64,000 nucleotides of DNA from the NCBI GenBank assembly GCA_951406725.2, contig OX597817.1:1984001-2048000 (forward strand), in the 5' to 3' direction. The DNA is from Octopus vulgaris. Its lineage: Eukaryota. The translations under genes were made by a program, and so were the position numbers. Below the pieces are notes generated by a model that ran no database searches, was not told where the DNA came from, and saw nothing but the letters and a program-made list of their open reading frames with translations. Numbering within the stretch: position 1 is the stretch's first letter; each line of letters starts with the position of its first letter. This document shows, one piece after another, positions 1 to 13,213 of this stretch.

Positions 1-6
1 TTCGTG

Positions 7-699
7 TTAGGGGGATGTGTTTAGAAGTGGTCTGTATTTATTAATAAGGTGGGATTCGCTGGGTATGAGTGGCATTGTCTTTAAATTTGTAGAGGGGAAA
101 GATTCTAAAATTGGGATAAGTTGTGTGGCACAGGTATCAATATGTGCACTAAGTGCTATTTTTCTGTATTCCTGTATTTTTATTTGGGATCTGTGGACAG
201 TCATGCGTTGGCAGAGGCTATTTTTAGTTTGGCCTATGTAGTGTTCATTACAGCCCGAGCAAGTTAAGACATATACTAGGTTTTCTGATGCGCATGTGAA
301 GTTGTGTTTTACTGTGAAACGTTGTCCTTGTTTAAAACGGAATTCTGGACCTTCTATTAGGTTGATGCATATACCACAGTTGGGTCTATTGCATTTGTTT
401 ACTGTGGGTTTAGTTGTTGTGGTTGGCAGTACTTTGGCATTTGTTAGGATGGTTTTCAATGATTTGGGTTGCCTTTTGCTCTTTATTATTTCGTGTGTTA
501 GGAGGATTTGGTTCATTCTATGGTCCTTTTTTAATACAGGAATGTTCTGGAGGATGGTGTCAAAAGCTTCATTGTTGAGGGGGTTGTGTGTAGAGATGTA
601 TGGTAGAGTATGGGGTTTCGATGTAACAGGTTTAGGGCGTCTAAGTTCCTGTGTGCTGAGTTTTAGGGCACGTTGGATCCCATTGTCAATTAGTGACAT
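7..699 (-). pseudogene. PLE thumb/linker plus GIY-YIG endonuclease
   Basis: VYVLTC..C..HYIGQT motif, downstream R..VHR and H residues, Cys-rich linker, ends INKYRPLLN. Confidence 0.88.
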
Positions 700-823
700 G
701 GGGTAATCCCTGCTTGTTAATGTGTCCTTAAGTTCTTGTAGACGTAAGAGACGGGTGGTTTTATTGGAGACTATAGTGCAAATTCTTTTGGCTAAGTTGT
801 AGGGAATGTTAATTTTAACGTGT

Positions 824-2134
824 CTAGGGTGAATTGAAAGGGAGGTATTGCTTGGAGTCTGTGGGCTTGTAGTATACGTCTGTTTCTATTTTTTTGTTGT
901 GAATTTTAATGAGGATGTCGAGGAAGGGAATTTGTTGAGGGCTGTATTCCATTGTGAAAATAATGTTTGTGTTGAGCCCATTTATAAGGGTGTGAAATTC
1001 TTTAAGCTTCTCGATGGTTTCGGGCCAAAGGATGAAGCAGTCATCAAGATATCTCTTCCAGTTCTTCTCTATGTGTGTGTGGAGAGTGGTGCCAAATTGG
1101 TTAAGAACGTTATTATAGAGGGTGATTTCCAGGTATCCCATGACCAGGTTGGCGTAAGTGGGAGCTGTTTTCGTTCTCATTGCCGTCCCTGATTTCTGTC
1201 TGTAGAATTTGTTGTTGAAGGTGAAGAAATTATTCTCTAAGATGAATTTGAGTCCTAAAATAAATTCCTTTTTGATGCAGTGTGGGAGTTCGTTGGAGTA
1301 ATTATCCTGCCAGAATTGGATAGCTTCTATTCCTAGGTTGTGGGGGATGTTGGAGTAAAGATTAACTACATCGAATGTTACTAGCAGGGTTTGTTCAGCA
1401 AGAAGTGTATTGGGGAGGTGGTTGAGCATATCTAGATCGTCCCTTATGTAGCTTTTAATGTGTTTGAGGAAGGGCTTGAGAAGGGTATCAATGAAGTTGC
1501 TAAGGCGGTGGGTTTCGCAAGCGGGACCTGCTATTATAGGTCTCAATTTGAGGTCATTTCGTGAGGGGACTTTGATTATAGAGTTTGTGGCTTCCTTGCA
1601 TGCCTTACTTATTAATTCGCTTTTATGAATTTTGGGAATACCGTAGAAGAGGCTGGTTTTACTAGTGAAATTTGTGATGAAGTTGAATTCTTTGTTAGTG
1701 AGTTCTTCTTTGTGGGGGTTGATCAGGGTTTTTAAGTTTCTCATAATTTTCTGTTGATTGTAGTGTTCAGCCTTTTCGTAATATGTTCCATTTTCCAAGG
1801 TGGAGAGTGCTAAGTTGATATAGTATTCTGTCTCCATTAAAACTACTGCACTTCCTTTATCGGCCTCTTTAATGGTGATAGATCTTTCATTTTTTAATTT
1901 GTTTAATTCTTCCCACTCTTTCTTGTTGAGGTTTGGTTTGGGTTTTGGTTTGTGTAAGTGTTGGTAGGGGAAGTTTGTAATGTGCTCACAGAATTCGTCT
2001 AGGATTTTATTTCTACCTTTTCGTGGGGTGTAGTTGCTTTTATTTCTAGCTAGTGACTCATCCTCATTGTGCTGGTCGAATAGTTCCTCACTAAGTCGCA
2101 ATTTTCTACAAAATTCTGTAATGTCTTCCTTCAT
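824..2134 (-). pseudogene. PLE reverse transcriptase domain (frameshifted from the endonuclease part)
   Basis: 436-aa ORF with YLDD motif. The frame breaks at FNSP, and the adjacent frame resumes PRHVKINIPYNLAKRICTIVS. Confidence 0.9.
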
Positions 2135-3134
2135 TTCGTAGTAGTTTGGACGTGGGGTGGTGAATTTAAGACCTTTGGAGAGTAAGTTGAGAAGGTTGGG
2201 GTTGGGTTCTGTATTGGTTAAATTGATGACTTTAATTAGTTTATGTTTCTCTTCCCTGTCCTGTGTTATCTTGTTTGCCTGTATCTGTGTGCTGTGTCTA
2301 AAAAATGGTTGGGGTAGAGGGGTTGTCTGTTGGTGTTAAGAGGTCCTGTGTGTTTGTTATATTCCTTGTTGTGAAATATGGTTCGGGTTCGTGGTTGTGG
2401 ATAGAATGGGGTGTTCCTGTATTGCGGGTGTTGGTGTGTGTTTCTTTGTGTCGTGTTGGATTGTGGTGATATGAGTGGCCTACGTGGGTGCTTGTATCGA
2501 GTGGTATGGGCTTGTTGTGTATTGTGAGAGTTGAGAAAGTGAAAATTACCTTGTTGTCCCCTCGTGGTATGGATGTTGTTGTGTCTATCCTGGTAGTGGA
2601 ATCCTCTTTTATTTGTTAATTAGGTATTCGAGTAGTTGTTGAGTTGTTGTGTATAGTGTCTCCTTGAGGGGGGAAATTCGTTAATGTAATTCTGGTGGTG
2701 AGAGTTTCCAGGGTTCTTTTCCTCCTTATGGACGTGGGGTAAGAAATGACCCCTTTATAATGACCAATCAAAATTGTATTGACCATTGTCCACAAGAAAT
2801 TTTAGGTGTGAAACCAAGCAAATCTTAAACAACTCTGGAGCCTCTTTTTTCACATATAAGAGACAGCAAACCCAACATAAAGTCAGATAAGAGAAAAAAA
2901 ATCTATCAGAAAGGAACTCTATCTCTCTTAAAAAAATATCTTTTGATAAGCATAACAAATGCGCAACCGGTAAAAAGAACTTTCACCTAATTAAATACAC
3001 TCTCCCTTACTTAAATCATTTTGTCAGCATTTTCTTCATTTCCTTTTTTTTATATATCACAACTCGTGTTCCACATCTCCTTTTTTAAATATATATATAT
3101 ATATATATATTTGCATTTATATATATACAAATAA

Positions 3135-4870
3135 TCATCATTATTTAATGTTCATTGTCCATGCTGGCATGGATTGGATAGTTTGACCAGGGCTGGTAAA
3201 CTGGAAGACTGCACCAGACTTCAGTCTGATATTTGGCATGATTTCCATGGTTGGATGCCCTTCTTAATGCCAACCACTCTGAGAGTGTAATGAGTGCTTT
3301 TATGTGCCACTGACTTGGGTGCCATTTGCATAACATCAATATCTGCTACAACTGTGATTTTACTTGGCTGGATGGGTCTTCTTTTCAAGCATGGCATAAT
3401 GTCAAAGGCCTTGATTATTTATCATTGCCTCTGTGAGGCTCAACACTCAACAGGTGCTTTTTATGTATCACTGCTATGGGTGCCAGTTACGTGACACCAG
3501 CCTTGACCACGAGTACAATCTCTAGTACTTATTCTATCAGTATCTTTTACTGAACCGCTATGCTAAAAGGACATAAACACTTGGCTTGACAGCTCTTCTT
3601 GAGGACAGCATATTACCAAATGTCTTGGTCACTAGTCATTGCTTCCATGAAGCCCAAAGTTTGAAGATCATGCTTCACCACCTCGTCCCCTGTTTTTTGG
3701 GTCTACCTCTACCACAGGTTCCATCCACAAGTTCCACAGGTTCCATCCAAAAAAGAAATCAGCACTTCTTTATACAGCTGTCCTTGTCCATACACATCAC
3801 CTCACCATACCTGCTCAGTCGTCTCTCTTAGATACCACATCTGATGTCTCTTATGCCCAACTTTTCTCTCATATTGCTTACACTCTATCATATAGGTACA
3901 CTGACATTGCACATCCAGTGAAGCATTCTGGCTTCATTTCTTTCAAGCCTATACATGTCCCTAGCTGTTGGAGCCCATATTTCACTGCCATGTAGCAGAG
4001 CTGTTTGAACACAAGTATCATACAATCTGCCTTTCACTTTGAGAGAGAAACCCTTTGTTGCTAGCAGAGGTAGGAGCTCTCTGAACTCAGCCCAGCCTAT
4101 TCTTATTTCCACAGCTATGCTCTCAGAGCATTCACCTCCAATACTAACCTGGTCACCTAGATAATGGAAGCTATCTACTACCTCTAGCTCACCCCACTGG
4201 CAGTTAATGGTGTCTATTTTCTGTACATTTTTGGTGTTTATTGCCCCTCTGCATCTTCCATGCACAAAAGCTATTTTCGCTGTTAACCTTCCTCTGATAT
4301 TGCTGCAACTCTTATGTGTCCATAGCTTACACTGGGTACTTCTTATGGAGTTTCTTCTATGCTTTTCTTCAGATTGAGCAGGGCCATCTACCTGAAGGGA
4401 TTTGTGATTTGTCTGCCTTCCTACTTACTAAGACTTTGGTTTTTGCTAGGTTAACTGTAAGGCCCTTCATTTCTAGACCTTACTTCTTTTCTAGTTCTGG
4501 TAGAGATTCAGCTATAAGAGCGAGGTCATCAGCATAGAGGAGCTCCCAGGGACAGCCTGTCTTAAATTTCTCTGTTATTGCTTGGAGGACTCTGATGAAC
4601 AAGAGGGGGCTGAGGACTGATCTTTGGTGAACCCCTACTTGTACCCTGAATTCTTCACTGTACTAATTGCCAACCCTCATCTTACTGACAGTGTCCCTGT
4701 ACATGGCTTGTACTGCTCTCACCAACCACTCATCTATCCCTAGTTCCCACATTGACCACCAGATAAGAGACTGAGGGTCCCTGTCAAAGGCTTTCTCCAA
4801 GTCAACAAAAGCTAAGTACAGAGGTTTATATTTGACTGCGCAGCTGCCTTACCAGAAACATAGCATTAGC
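3135..4870 (-). mobile_element. 5'-truncated RTE-clade LINE with 3' tail
   Basis: Minus-strand RT motifs FVDLEKAFD, VGVHQRSVLSPLLF, LLYADDLALIAES and FHYLGD...KGRLYDTCVQTALLHGSE (ORF 3888-4265). The 3' tail ends CCATGCCAGCATGGA...TTAAA(TGA)n near 3135. Confidence 0.88.
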
Positions 4871-5381
4871 CATGCCGATGCCTATAAAAGCTAATGCCTG
4901 CATTAGCTAAGAGTTGAACCTGCCTATATTGCTTGGAAGACAACCATACTAACCATTACACCACTGACATGTATGTATGTCTGTATGTATGTTTGCATGG
5001 ATGCATGCATGCATGTAATGTGTATAAAATATATATTTATTTGCACACACACACACACACACAATGGGCTTCCATATTGTTTTCATGTACCAAATTCACT
5101 CACAAGGTATTGGTCAGCCTAGGGCTATAGTACAAGAAATACTTACCCAAGGTGCTGTGCACTGAGACTGAACCCAAAGCCTTGTGGTTCCTAGCCACAC
5201 AACCATTTCTATGCCTATAAAAGCTAATGCTTGCATTGGATAGGAGTTGAACGTGGATATATTGCTTGGAAGGCAACCATCCCTGATATGTATGTATGTT
5301 TATGTATAACGTGTATGTATGTGTAATATGTATGTATAATGTTTGTGGTATAAAGCTCTTCAATAAATTTCTCATTTGCAG

Positions 5382-5552
5382 GTTGGAGATTACATTTTGA
5401 CCCCTGACATCTGCGTTGAAAGAAAAAGCATAAGCGATTTGATTGGTTCACTCAGTAATGGACGTCTGTACAACCAGTGTGTTTCCATGAGCCGACATTA
5501 CAAGCGACCGGTTCTTCTTATAGAGTTTGATACCAATAAATATTTTTCATTA
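5382..5552 (+). CDS. ERCC4: ERCC4/XPF exon, nuclease domain: [57 protein letters not shown]
   Basis: GDY and ERKxxxD active-site motifs. Acceptor tttgcag|GTT, donor TTA|gtaagt, 171 nt, phase 0/0. Upstream exons appear to lie outside the window. Confidence 0.96.
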
Positions 5553-5844
5553 GTAAGTAGTGTTACAACTCCTTTTTATTTCAGTCTGTATTATAATCAT
5601 TTCTTTAATAATTCTTTCTGCTTTAGGCATAAAACCTGAAATTTTTTGTCAGAGAGGGTCTAGTTGATTGTCTACTACTTATTTTATCAATCCCGAAAGG
5701 ATGTAAAGCAAAGTCAACCTTGGCAGGAGGAAAATAAAAGAAAAAGTTAGAATAAAACAAGATTAAATACAATAAAAAGTAGTTTAATTTTCTGTAATAG
5801 GTTTATGTAATAGGTTTTAAAAGTTCATGAATATAAAAGTTTAA

Positions 5845-5884
<40 letters not shown>

Positions 5885-5934
5885 AGAGTAAATAATTTCT
5901 ATAAAGGCTTTTAAAAAAACCCCAATTATTTACT

Positions 5935-5977
<43 letters not shown>

Positions 5978-5978
5978 A

Positions 5979-6158
5979 TTGGGTTGTCCGGAAAGTTTTT
6001 GCTGATTTATAGTAGCTTACCTATAGGGTATTTTCAAGCTAAAGGAAAGATGGAGACGCATTGTGCAACAAAATGGTTCATATTTAGTTGATTAAAAGTG
6101 TATTTATTGACCTTTTTCTTTCCTTTAAAAATCGGCACAAACTTTCCAGACAACTCAA
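5979..6158 (+). mobile_element. Internally deleted mariner (MITE)
   Basis: ~30-bp TIRs ttgggttgtccggaaagtttttgctgattt / aaatcggcacaaactttccagacaactcaa with TA flanks. Interior encodes GIFKLKERWRRIVQQNGSYLVD*, a mariner transposase C-terminus. Confidence 0.85.
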
Positions 6159-6284
6159 TATATATATCATCATCATCATCATATCATCATCATTATCATC
6201 ATTTAACATCTGCTTTCCATGCTAGCAAGGAGTTGGACGATTTGACTGAGGACTGGCGAACCAGATGGCTGCACCAGGCTCCAA

Positions 6285-6331
<47 letters not shown>

Positions 6332-6374
6332 TTATATGTGTATATAGCAAAAAAAAAAGAAAAGGATAAAGACC

Positions 6375-6650
6375 CCCCATCCTTTGGTCACGAATGACTA
6401 TGGGATTGCACCTAGAAAGTTCCCCTCCAAGGCACAAGTCTGGGCAAGTTTGTTTATGGAAGGCCAGTAGTCGCCTATGCATATCAGCCTCCCCTCTCCA
6501 TGCCACCAATGTTCTCCAAAGTAAAGGCAAAGGGGCTGATACAGCTTGGCACCAGTGATGTTGCAACTCATTTTTACAGCTGAGTGAACTATAGTAATGT
6601 AAGATAAAGTGTCTTGCTCAAGAACATAACACACAACCTGCTCCCAGAAT
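6375..6650 (-). mobile_element. SINE with CORE-like centre (same family as 20885-21130 and 61218-61562)
   Basis: Shared gcaacatcactggtgccaagctgtat...ggagaggggagg...actttctaggtgcaatccc sequence. Confidence 0.75.
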
Positions 6651-7030
6651 GTATGTAGATATCTTTTCTGTTTTCAGTCATTAGACCATGACTAGGACAT
6701 TACCTTGAAGAACCTTCAGTTGAATGAATACTTATTATTCATTCTTATTTACTTTTCTTTAAGCCTGATACATATTACAGGAATGTAAACAAACCAACAA
6801 TGGTTGACAAGTGATGGTAAGAGACAGACACTCACACACACATAGATATAAATATATATATATATATATATATGATGGGCTTCTTTTAGTTTTAGTCTAC
6901 TCACAAGGCTTTGCTTGGCCCAAGCCTTTAGTAGAAGATACTTGCCCAAGGTGCGACGCAGTGGGACTGAACCTGGAACCATGTGGTTGCGAAGCAGGCT
7001 TCTTACCACACAGCCACACCTGCAGGTATA

Positions 7031-7067
<37 letters not shown>

Positions 7068-7070
<3 letters not shown>

Positions 7071-7345
7071 ATTATTTAACGTCCGCTTTCCATGCTAGCA
7101 TGGGTTGGACGATTTGACTGAGGGCTGGCAAACCAGATGGCTGCACCAGGCTCCAATCTGATTCAGCAGAGTTTCTACAGCTGGATGCCCTTCTTAACGC
7201 CAACCACTCCGAGAGTGTAGTGGGTGATTTTACGTGCCACCGGCATGAGGGCCAGTCTGGCGGTGCTGGCAACGGCCACACTCGAAATGGTGTTTTTTAT
7301 GTGCCACCTGCACAGGAGTCAGTCCAGCGGCACTGGCAATGACCT
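7068..7345 (-). mobile_element. RTE-type 3' tail / short element
   Basis: Shares the tail of 3135-3540; contains two GGTGGCACRTAAAA modules. Confidence 0.8.
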
Positions 7346-7537
7346 CGCTTTTGTTTTGTAACATCTGAAAATTGATATTTCGTTCATATCTTTGAAAATG
7401 TTTATTGTTTTGTGTTCCGTATTTGTATGTGTAATATATCTTATTCAGTATAAATTTCATTTCATTTCCTTCAATATCAGAGTAATGGCAATTTTACTGA
7501 AACTTTTTAGAGGTGTACCTACTTCTGTGAGATACTG

Positions 7538-7586
<49 letters not shown>

Positions 7587-8042
7587 CACGTTGTCAGTGT
7601 ATCCTGTACCCGAAACAGAAGCACACTCCAAAGCATAAAGCAGTAATGTGTTAAAAGTAATTAAGTCAATGCCTGGTCACTCTATGACTGGTCATTGACT
7701 CAGTTACTTACACACACACAAATATAGATAAACAGAGATAGAAGTAAAATAGCCAAACAAGGAAGACTGAGACCATAATATAAAGATAAAGTGTTTATAA
7801 CCTCTATGCATTTCAAACAGAAAGGCCCATCCTCACAGGTAAACATTCAACAAATATTGAGCTATACATTTCTTGGCTGTTTACTTCTTAAGTTAGGCTT
7901 TTATGCCTGAAAAATCTAAAATTTAGTAAACTTTTCCTCCTTGCATTGTAAGAAGGTCTCTGTCTCTATTATTTGGGTAGGTTCTTAATCACAATGCTTC
8001 AAGCAAGCTACAATGCTCTTCATATAAATGATGATCACATTT

Positions 8043-8073
<31 letters not shown>

Positions 8074-8076
<3 letters not shown>

Positions 8077-8191
8077 CATAGGAGTGGCTGTGTGGTAAGT
8101 AGCTTGCTTACCAACCACATGGTTCTGGGTTCAGTCTCACTGCATGGCACCTTGTGAGTGGATTTGGTAGACGGAAACTGAAAGAAGCTCG

Positions 8192-8230
<39 letters not shown>

Positions 8231-8455
8231 TATATATATGTGTATATGTGTGTAAATGTTTGTGTGTCTGTGTTTGTCCCCCCAGCATCACTTGACAACC
8301 AATGTGTTTACGTCCCCTTAACTTAGCAGTTTGGCAAAAGAGACTGATAGAATAAGTACTAGGCTTACAAAGAATAAGTCCTGGGGTTGATTTGCTCGAC
8401 TAAAGGCGGTGCTCCAAAATGGCCGCAATCAAAAGACTGAAACAAGTAAAAGAGA
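8074..8455 (+). mobile_element. tRNA-derived SINE with internal (TA)n/(TG)n. Related copies at ~5065-5215, 6660-7025, 9700-9850, 18340-18690, 19520-19845, 51330-52215, 52660-53170
   Basis: Head ggcataggagtggctgtgtggtaagtagcttg...gggttcagtc (A/B-box-like). Recurrent body gtgagtggatttggtagacggaaactgaaagaagc and ataagtactaggcttacaaagaataa. Confidence 0.75.
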
Positions 8456-8837
8456 ATACATATATATATCTTGGTGCTGGAGTGGTTGTGTGATTAAAAA
8501 GGCTGCTTCCTAACTATGTGGTCTTGGGTTCCATCCTGTTGCATAGCACCTTGGAAAAAGTCTTCTTCTATTGCCCCTGGCTGAGCAAAGCCTTGTGAGT
8601 GGATCTTGTGGATGGAGACTGAATGAAAGCCATCATATATCAGAATGGAGTCTGGTGCCTGTCCTCTGCATTCCTCTGCATATATTTGATGGGGTGCTGA
8701 AAAGTCCCTGGCTTTAAGGGTATCATGTAAGAACCTTTCTGAGTTCTTTTACAGGGCTTAGGAAAAATGAAAGTCTGCTGCAGTAAGTGTGTGAAGCTGA
8801 GAGCAGAATATGTTAAGTAAATGAATAAAATTGTAAT

Positions 8838-9290
8838 TCATCATCATCGTTTAACGTCCGTTCTCCATGCTAGCATGGGTTGGACGGTTCGACCGGGGAT
8901 CTGGGAAGCCAGGGGCTGCACCAGGCTCCAGTCTGATCTGGCAGTGTTTCTACAGCTGGATGTCCTTCCTAACGCCAGCCACTCCGTGAGTGTAGTGGGT
9001 GCTTTTTACGTGCCACCTGCACAGGTGCCAGGCGAGGCTGGCAATGGCCACGGTCGGATTGGTGCATTTTACGTGCCACCGGCACGGAAGCCAGTCGAGG
9101 CGACGCTGGCATCGGCCACGATTCGGATAGCGCTTTTTACGTACCACCAGACCAGGGTCCTGGCAACTTCCGGGTGCCAGTCATAGGATTGGTTCAATTT
9201 CGATTCCGATTTTGATTTCACTTGCCCCAACAGGTCTTCACAAGCATGGGTGCCTGTCGTCGGATGAGGTTCGATTTTGACTTCGCTTAC
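8838..9290 (-). mobile_element. RTE-type 3' tail with three hairpin modules
   Basis: Close reverse complement of 19060-19378; ends in (TGA)n. Confidence 0.8.
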
Positions 9291-10803
9291 CCAATATATA
9301 CATACTCACTCACACACATACATATGCATACATACAACCATACGCACGCACATGCACACACACACACACACACACATAATTGTATAAATAAAGTTGTTAT
9401 ATTTAATTTGTTTATCTACCTCCATACGTTGTATATACATATATGTACCCACACACACACACACAATAAGTATAATGATAAAGAATCTGGAGACTGGTAA
9501 CATCCTCAAAATCTGTTTCCTTTCATTTTACAGTAAGTTGTATATAATACCAGCAATGCACCCCGGCATTGCCTGGGTGTTATGACCTACAGCCACATTA
9601 TATTACTTGTTCCTCTCTTATGGGCAGAATCGCCACATAAGGAGTATGAAGCAAACAACTCTTCTTCACAAACATGTTTTGCAGTCATTTTTTGATGAAC
9701 GACGCTGCAGTTTCCATCTACCAAATTCAGTCACGAGTCTGTGGTTGGCCTAGGGCTATAGTTGAAAACACTTGCCCTAGGTACCATGCAGAAGGACTGA
9801 ATGTGGAACCATGTGGTTGGGAAGCAAACTTCACAACCACACAGCCATTCTTACATCTTATATGTATTTGTGTGTTTACATTTGTTGTTGAATCGAGTAT
9901 CGTGTCTCACTGTGTCTCAAAGTTAGCAGTTCATCAAACAGATGTCTATAAAATAAATGCCAGATTCAAATATGTGCTGATGTCAGTTTTATCAGTTAAA
10001 GTTTTGAAGGGGATACCTCATCATGGTGACAGTCGAAAAACTAAACCTAGTAAAATAATGTTTAAAGACTTAATAGCTTCAAATCTAAGGTAATGGATTA
10101 CTAATCTCAAGATAATGAGTTCAAAACTTTGTTTTGGACTTCCACTTTATACTATAACAGTATACGTACATCTCAATCTACTTGACTTCCAACAATTAAC
10201 AATTGTATTTTGAAGTTGAATAGCTAGCAGTAAGAAAGATGTCCAGATTTCTTTAAAAATTTTTTGTGCAAAATATTCTGCGAAAAAGTATTACCACACA
10301 CACACACACAGGTATGTCTATGATAACGTGAGCTACTACAAATAGTAGCCAAATGTCTCTTAAAACACACCCTTTCATCAAAAGAAAGACACAAATTTAC
10401 TGTATTTCAGGAAAAAAAGAAAAAAAGAAATATGTGATGAGTCTGTTACATCAGAGGCAACTCTGGCCTAAACAAAACGCCGACAAACATGCTTTACATT
10501 AAAAGTTTATCTACTAAATAATACTACTAAAGTTGGCGATATATCTTCAAAGTTTCACTCCTTGGTAAAACATGTATTTTAAACATTTTCTCATTATGTT
10601 CTGACATAGATTGTTTGGGTAGAGTTGCCTCCCTTAGCTAAAGACCTCAAAATTGTGCAACCTGACCTTGTTTTCAAGGTTATTTTTGTTGTAAAAAAGA
10701 GCTGTTGTGCAAAAAACATACTTTATTTGGTAGCTGAAAGATTACTGAATCTTTTGATACCTCATACATAAAAATTGGCAACTCAGTTTTCAAATCCATA
10801 TGG

Positions 10804-10841
<38 letters not shown>

Positions 10842-11130
10842 CTCTGTTTTATATATTAAGATAAGAATATGCTGTATGACATACCACAAAATGAAAGGAA
10901 GTAAATTTTGAGTTTGTACCAATCTCCATATTCTGTATCATTATATTTATTGGAAATATATACTCCAAATATCACAATCCAATGAAGCGAACACAGAATT
11001 ACCCATCGGAGAAATTTACAGTGTGAGTGATAACACCAAGTAGTCATAGACATTAAATACTAATCGATGCAGTTAGCTGTAACCAGGAATATAAATGGAA
11101 GCTACCACAGAATCTGTCCAGAGAATATAT

Positions 11131-11358
11131 ATTTCTTTATTACCCACAAGGGGCTAAACACAGAGGGGACAAACAAGGACAGATAAACAGATTAAGACGA
11201 TTACATCGACCCCAGTGCGTAACTGGTACTTAATTTATCGACCCCGAAAGGATGAAAGGCAAAGTCGACATCGGCGGAATTTGAACTCAGAACGTAGTGG
11301 CAGACGGAATACGGCTATGCATTTCGCCCGGCGTGCTAACGTTTCTGCCAGCTCACTG
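11131..11358 (-). mobile_element. tRNA-derived SINE with conserved Deu/Nin-like centre. Other copies at 20593-20810(+), ~22860-23010, 25850-26065, 26585-26760, 30078-30240, 35530-35940 (tandem pair), 38910-39125
   Basis: Recurrent tttatcgaccccgaaaggatgaaaggcaaagtcgacctcggcggaatttgaactc. The minus strand gives a B-box-like GAGTTCAAATTC. Confidence 0.8.
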
Positions 11359-13213
11359 CCCAGAGAATATATCTCCCAAACTGTCTGTCTGTCTGTCTCT
11401 CTCTCTTTCTCTCACACCAACACACATAATGATATCTTTGTGTGCATTTTTATATGTGTGCATGAATGTTGAATAGGGCTTCAAAAGCTCTACACTTTTG
11501 AAGATGAGTTGAAGGAAAATCCCTATTGTGTGGCAGAATATCCAGCTGCTGAACAATTCCTCTGTAAAATGTATTTGTATAACTCATACTAGCATGGGAA
11601 AACGGATCTAAATCAAATGATATGTGTGTGGGTGTATTTGTCTGTCTCTCTGTCTTTCTTGATATATAGCTATATGTATTTATGCATAGCTTACGTATTT
11701 GCTCAAGGTTGAAAGTCAAAGGCTATTGTCATAGTGTAGAAGTGTCAGAAAGAAAAAAAACACACACACACTGTCGACTGGTATTATATTGCAGAATGAG
11801 AAATGAAATAGTCAGCCAATTGACCTTCATTTGCTATAGTATATTTGTGTGTAGTAGTAAAGCAGTCCAAGCTATGAGAAGAATTGTTTGTTGCAATTGA
11901 TATTCTCTGAACATTGAAAACTTCTGAGTTGAACTTGTTTCTGAGAAGGAAGTTAGTTTTTGAGTTTTGCATTTAGTAATGTTTGGTAATATTGTAAATG
12001 CAAAGTCATTCGGATTGTGTTGATTCATGGATGTAGTGACCTTGAGGGCTTTTGATGTGACTAGTGTGGATACAATTGCCAGACTGTTTCTTTGATATAT
12101 GTAGCCATAGTGTCAAGCTATTGAATTACACCTGCTTGTCTTGTCACCATTGATGAAAGATCCTGTTCATAGAACCAGTAAATATATGTCATGAAGTATC
12201 TCAGTTTCTTTCTTTCATTTTATTTTATATTTTTTGTATGTGTACAGAAGGCTAAGAAAGAATGAAAGATGATATCATTTGTGTGGAGATGAGTATTGTT
12301 AATAGTAACAGTAAGTAACCCTTAATTTACAGAAATATGAGCATCAATGATTTAACTGAATCTTGAAGTTCACTAGGTTTGAGAAAATGAAAGTTGATGA
12401 AGCTTGATCAATGCATTCTTTACGAAAGGGATGAGACTGGAAACCTTCAAACCATCTTGGTTTGATGTGTTGGTTAGATTCCAGAAGTAACCAACTTAGA
12501 TGTTCTTATCTCAACATTCAAAAGTTTTGCTGATGTCTGCTTTATTTTTGTTTCATGCTGTAATGCATATATGGGAGATTGGCTGGTTTCATTAATATAT
12601 CAGTTTTTGTGTAAGGAAAAACTATTAATCCCTTGTCAAATCTTCGAAGGGAGGGGTACTGTAAGTAGCCTCTCACAACCCTTCTTACAACACAGCATTG
12701 TAGATTCTTTGTTGGGGGTTGAGGGACAGAAGATTCAACCGCAAACATTTTATTTGTGGTATTTTATTCGTCTCAGAAAGACAAAAGGTGAAGTTACTCT
12801 CAGAAGGATTTGAATTCATGGTGCAAAGAATCAGAATTGAAAACACAAGCTGCTCTCTCCATGTTCTAACAACTCTGCCTTTACCCATGTGAGGGACAAC
12901 TGAATTGTTTTCACCAAAGTGGTGGTTGTGGGAGGGCACTAAAAGACTTTTACTTCTTGGGCAGTGTGAACCCTTGCTATGCCACTGTCTCAGTTGACAT
13001 AACTTTAAAATCTATATCAATCATTACAAGTTTGATAGATGAATTTAGTTCAGTGTCTTGCCTGAAGTATATGAAAGAAATGAGTTGTAAGCTAATGGAC
13101 ATAAAGCATAAACCTAAAGTAAGAAGCTTTCATTTCATGCATTTTGCCAATTTAACTTTTGCCATGATAATACTAAAAACAAAATTGTTTTTTTTTTTTG
13201 TTTTGCATTCCAG

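Larger units (their letters stand above)
7..2750 (-). mobile_element. Penelope-like retroelement (PLE, Neptune-like): RT plus C-terminal GIY-YIG endonuclease, slightly decayed
   Basis: ORF 824-2134 has PLE RT motifs (FYGIPKIHK, LRPIIAG, FDVVNLYSNIP, QKSGTAM, RYLDD, IPFLDI, YYKPTDSKQYL). After a frameshift near 825 it continues into ORF 7-699 with a CNRPNCGIC linker and NLVYVLTCSGCNEHYIGQT (GIY-YIG). The same strand-skewed composition extends to ~2750; the 5' boundary is approximate. Confidence 0.93.
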
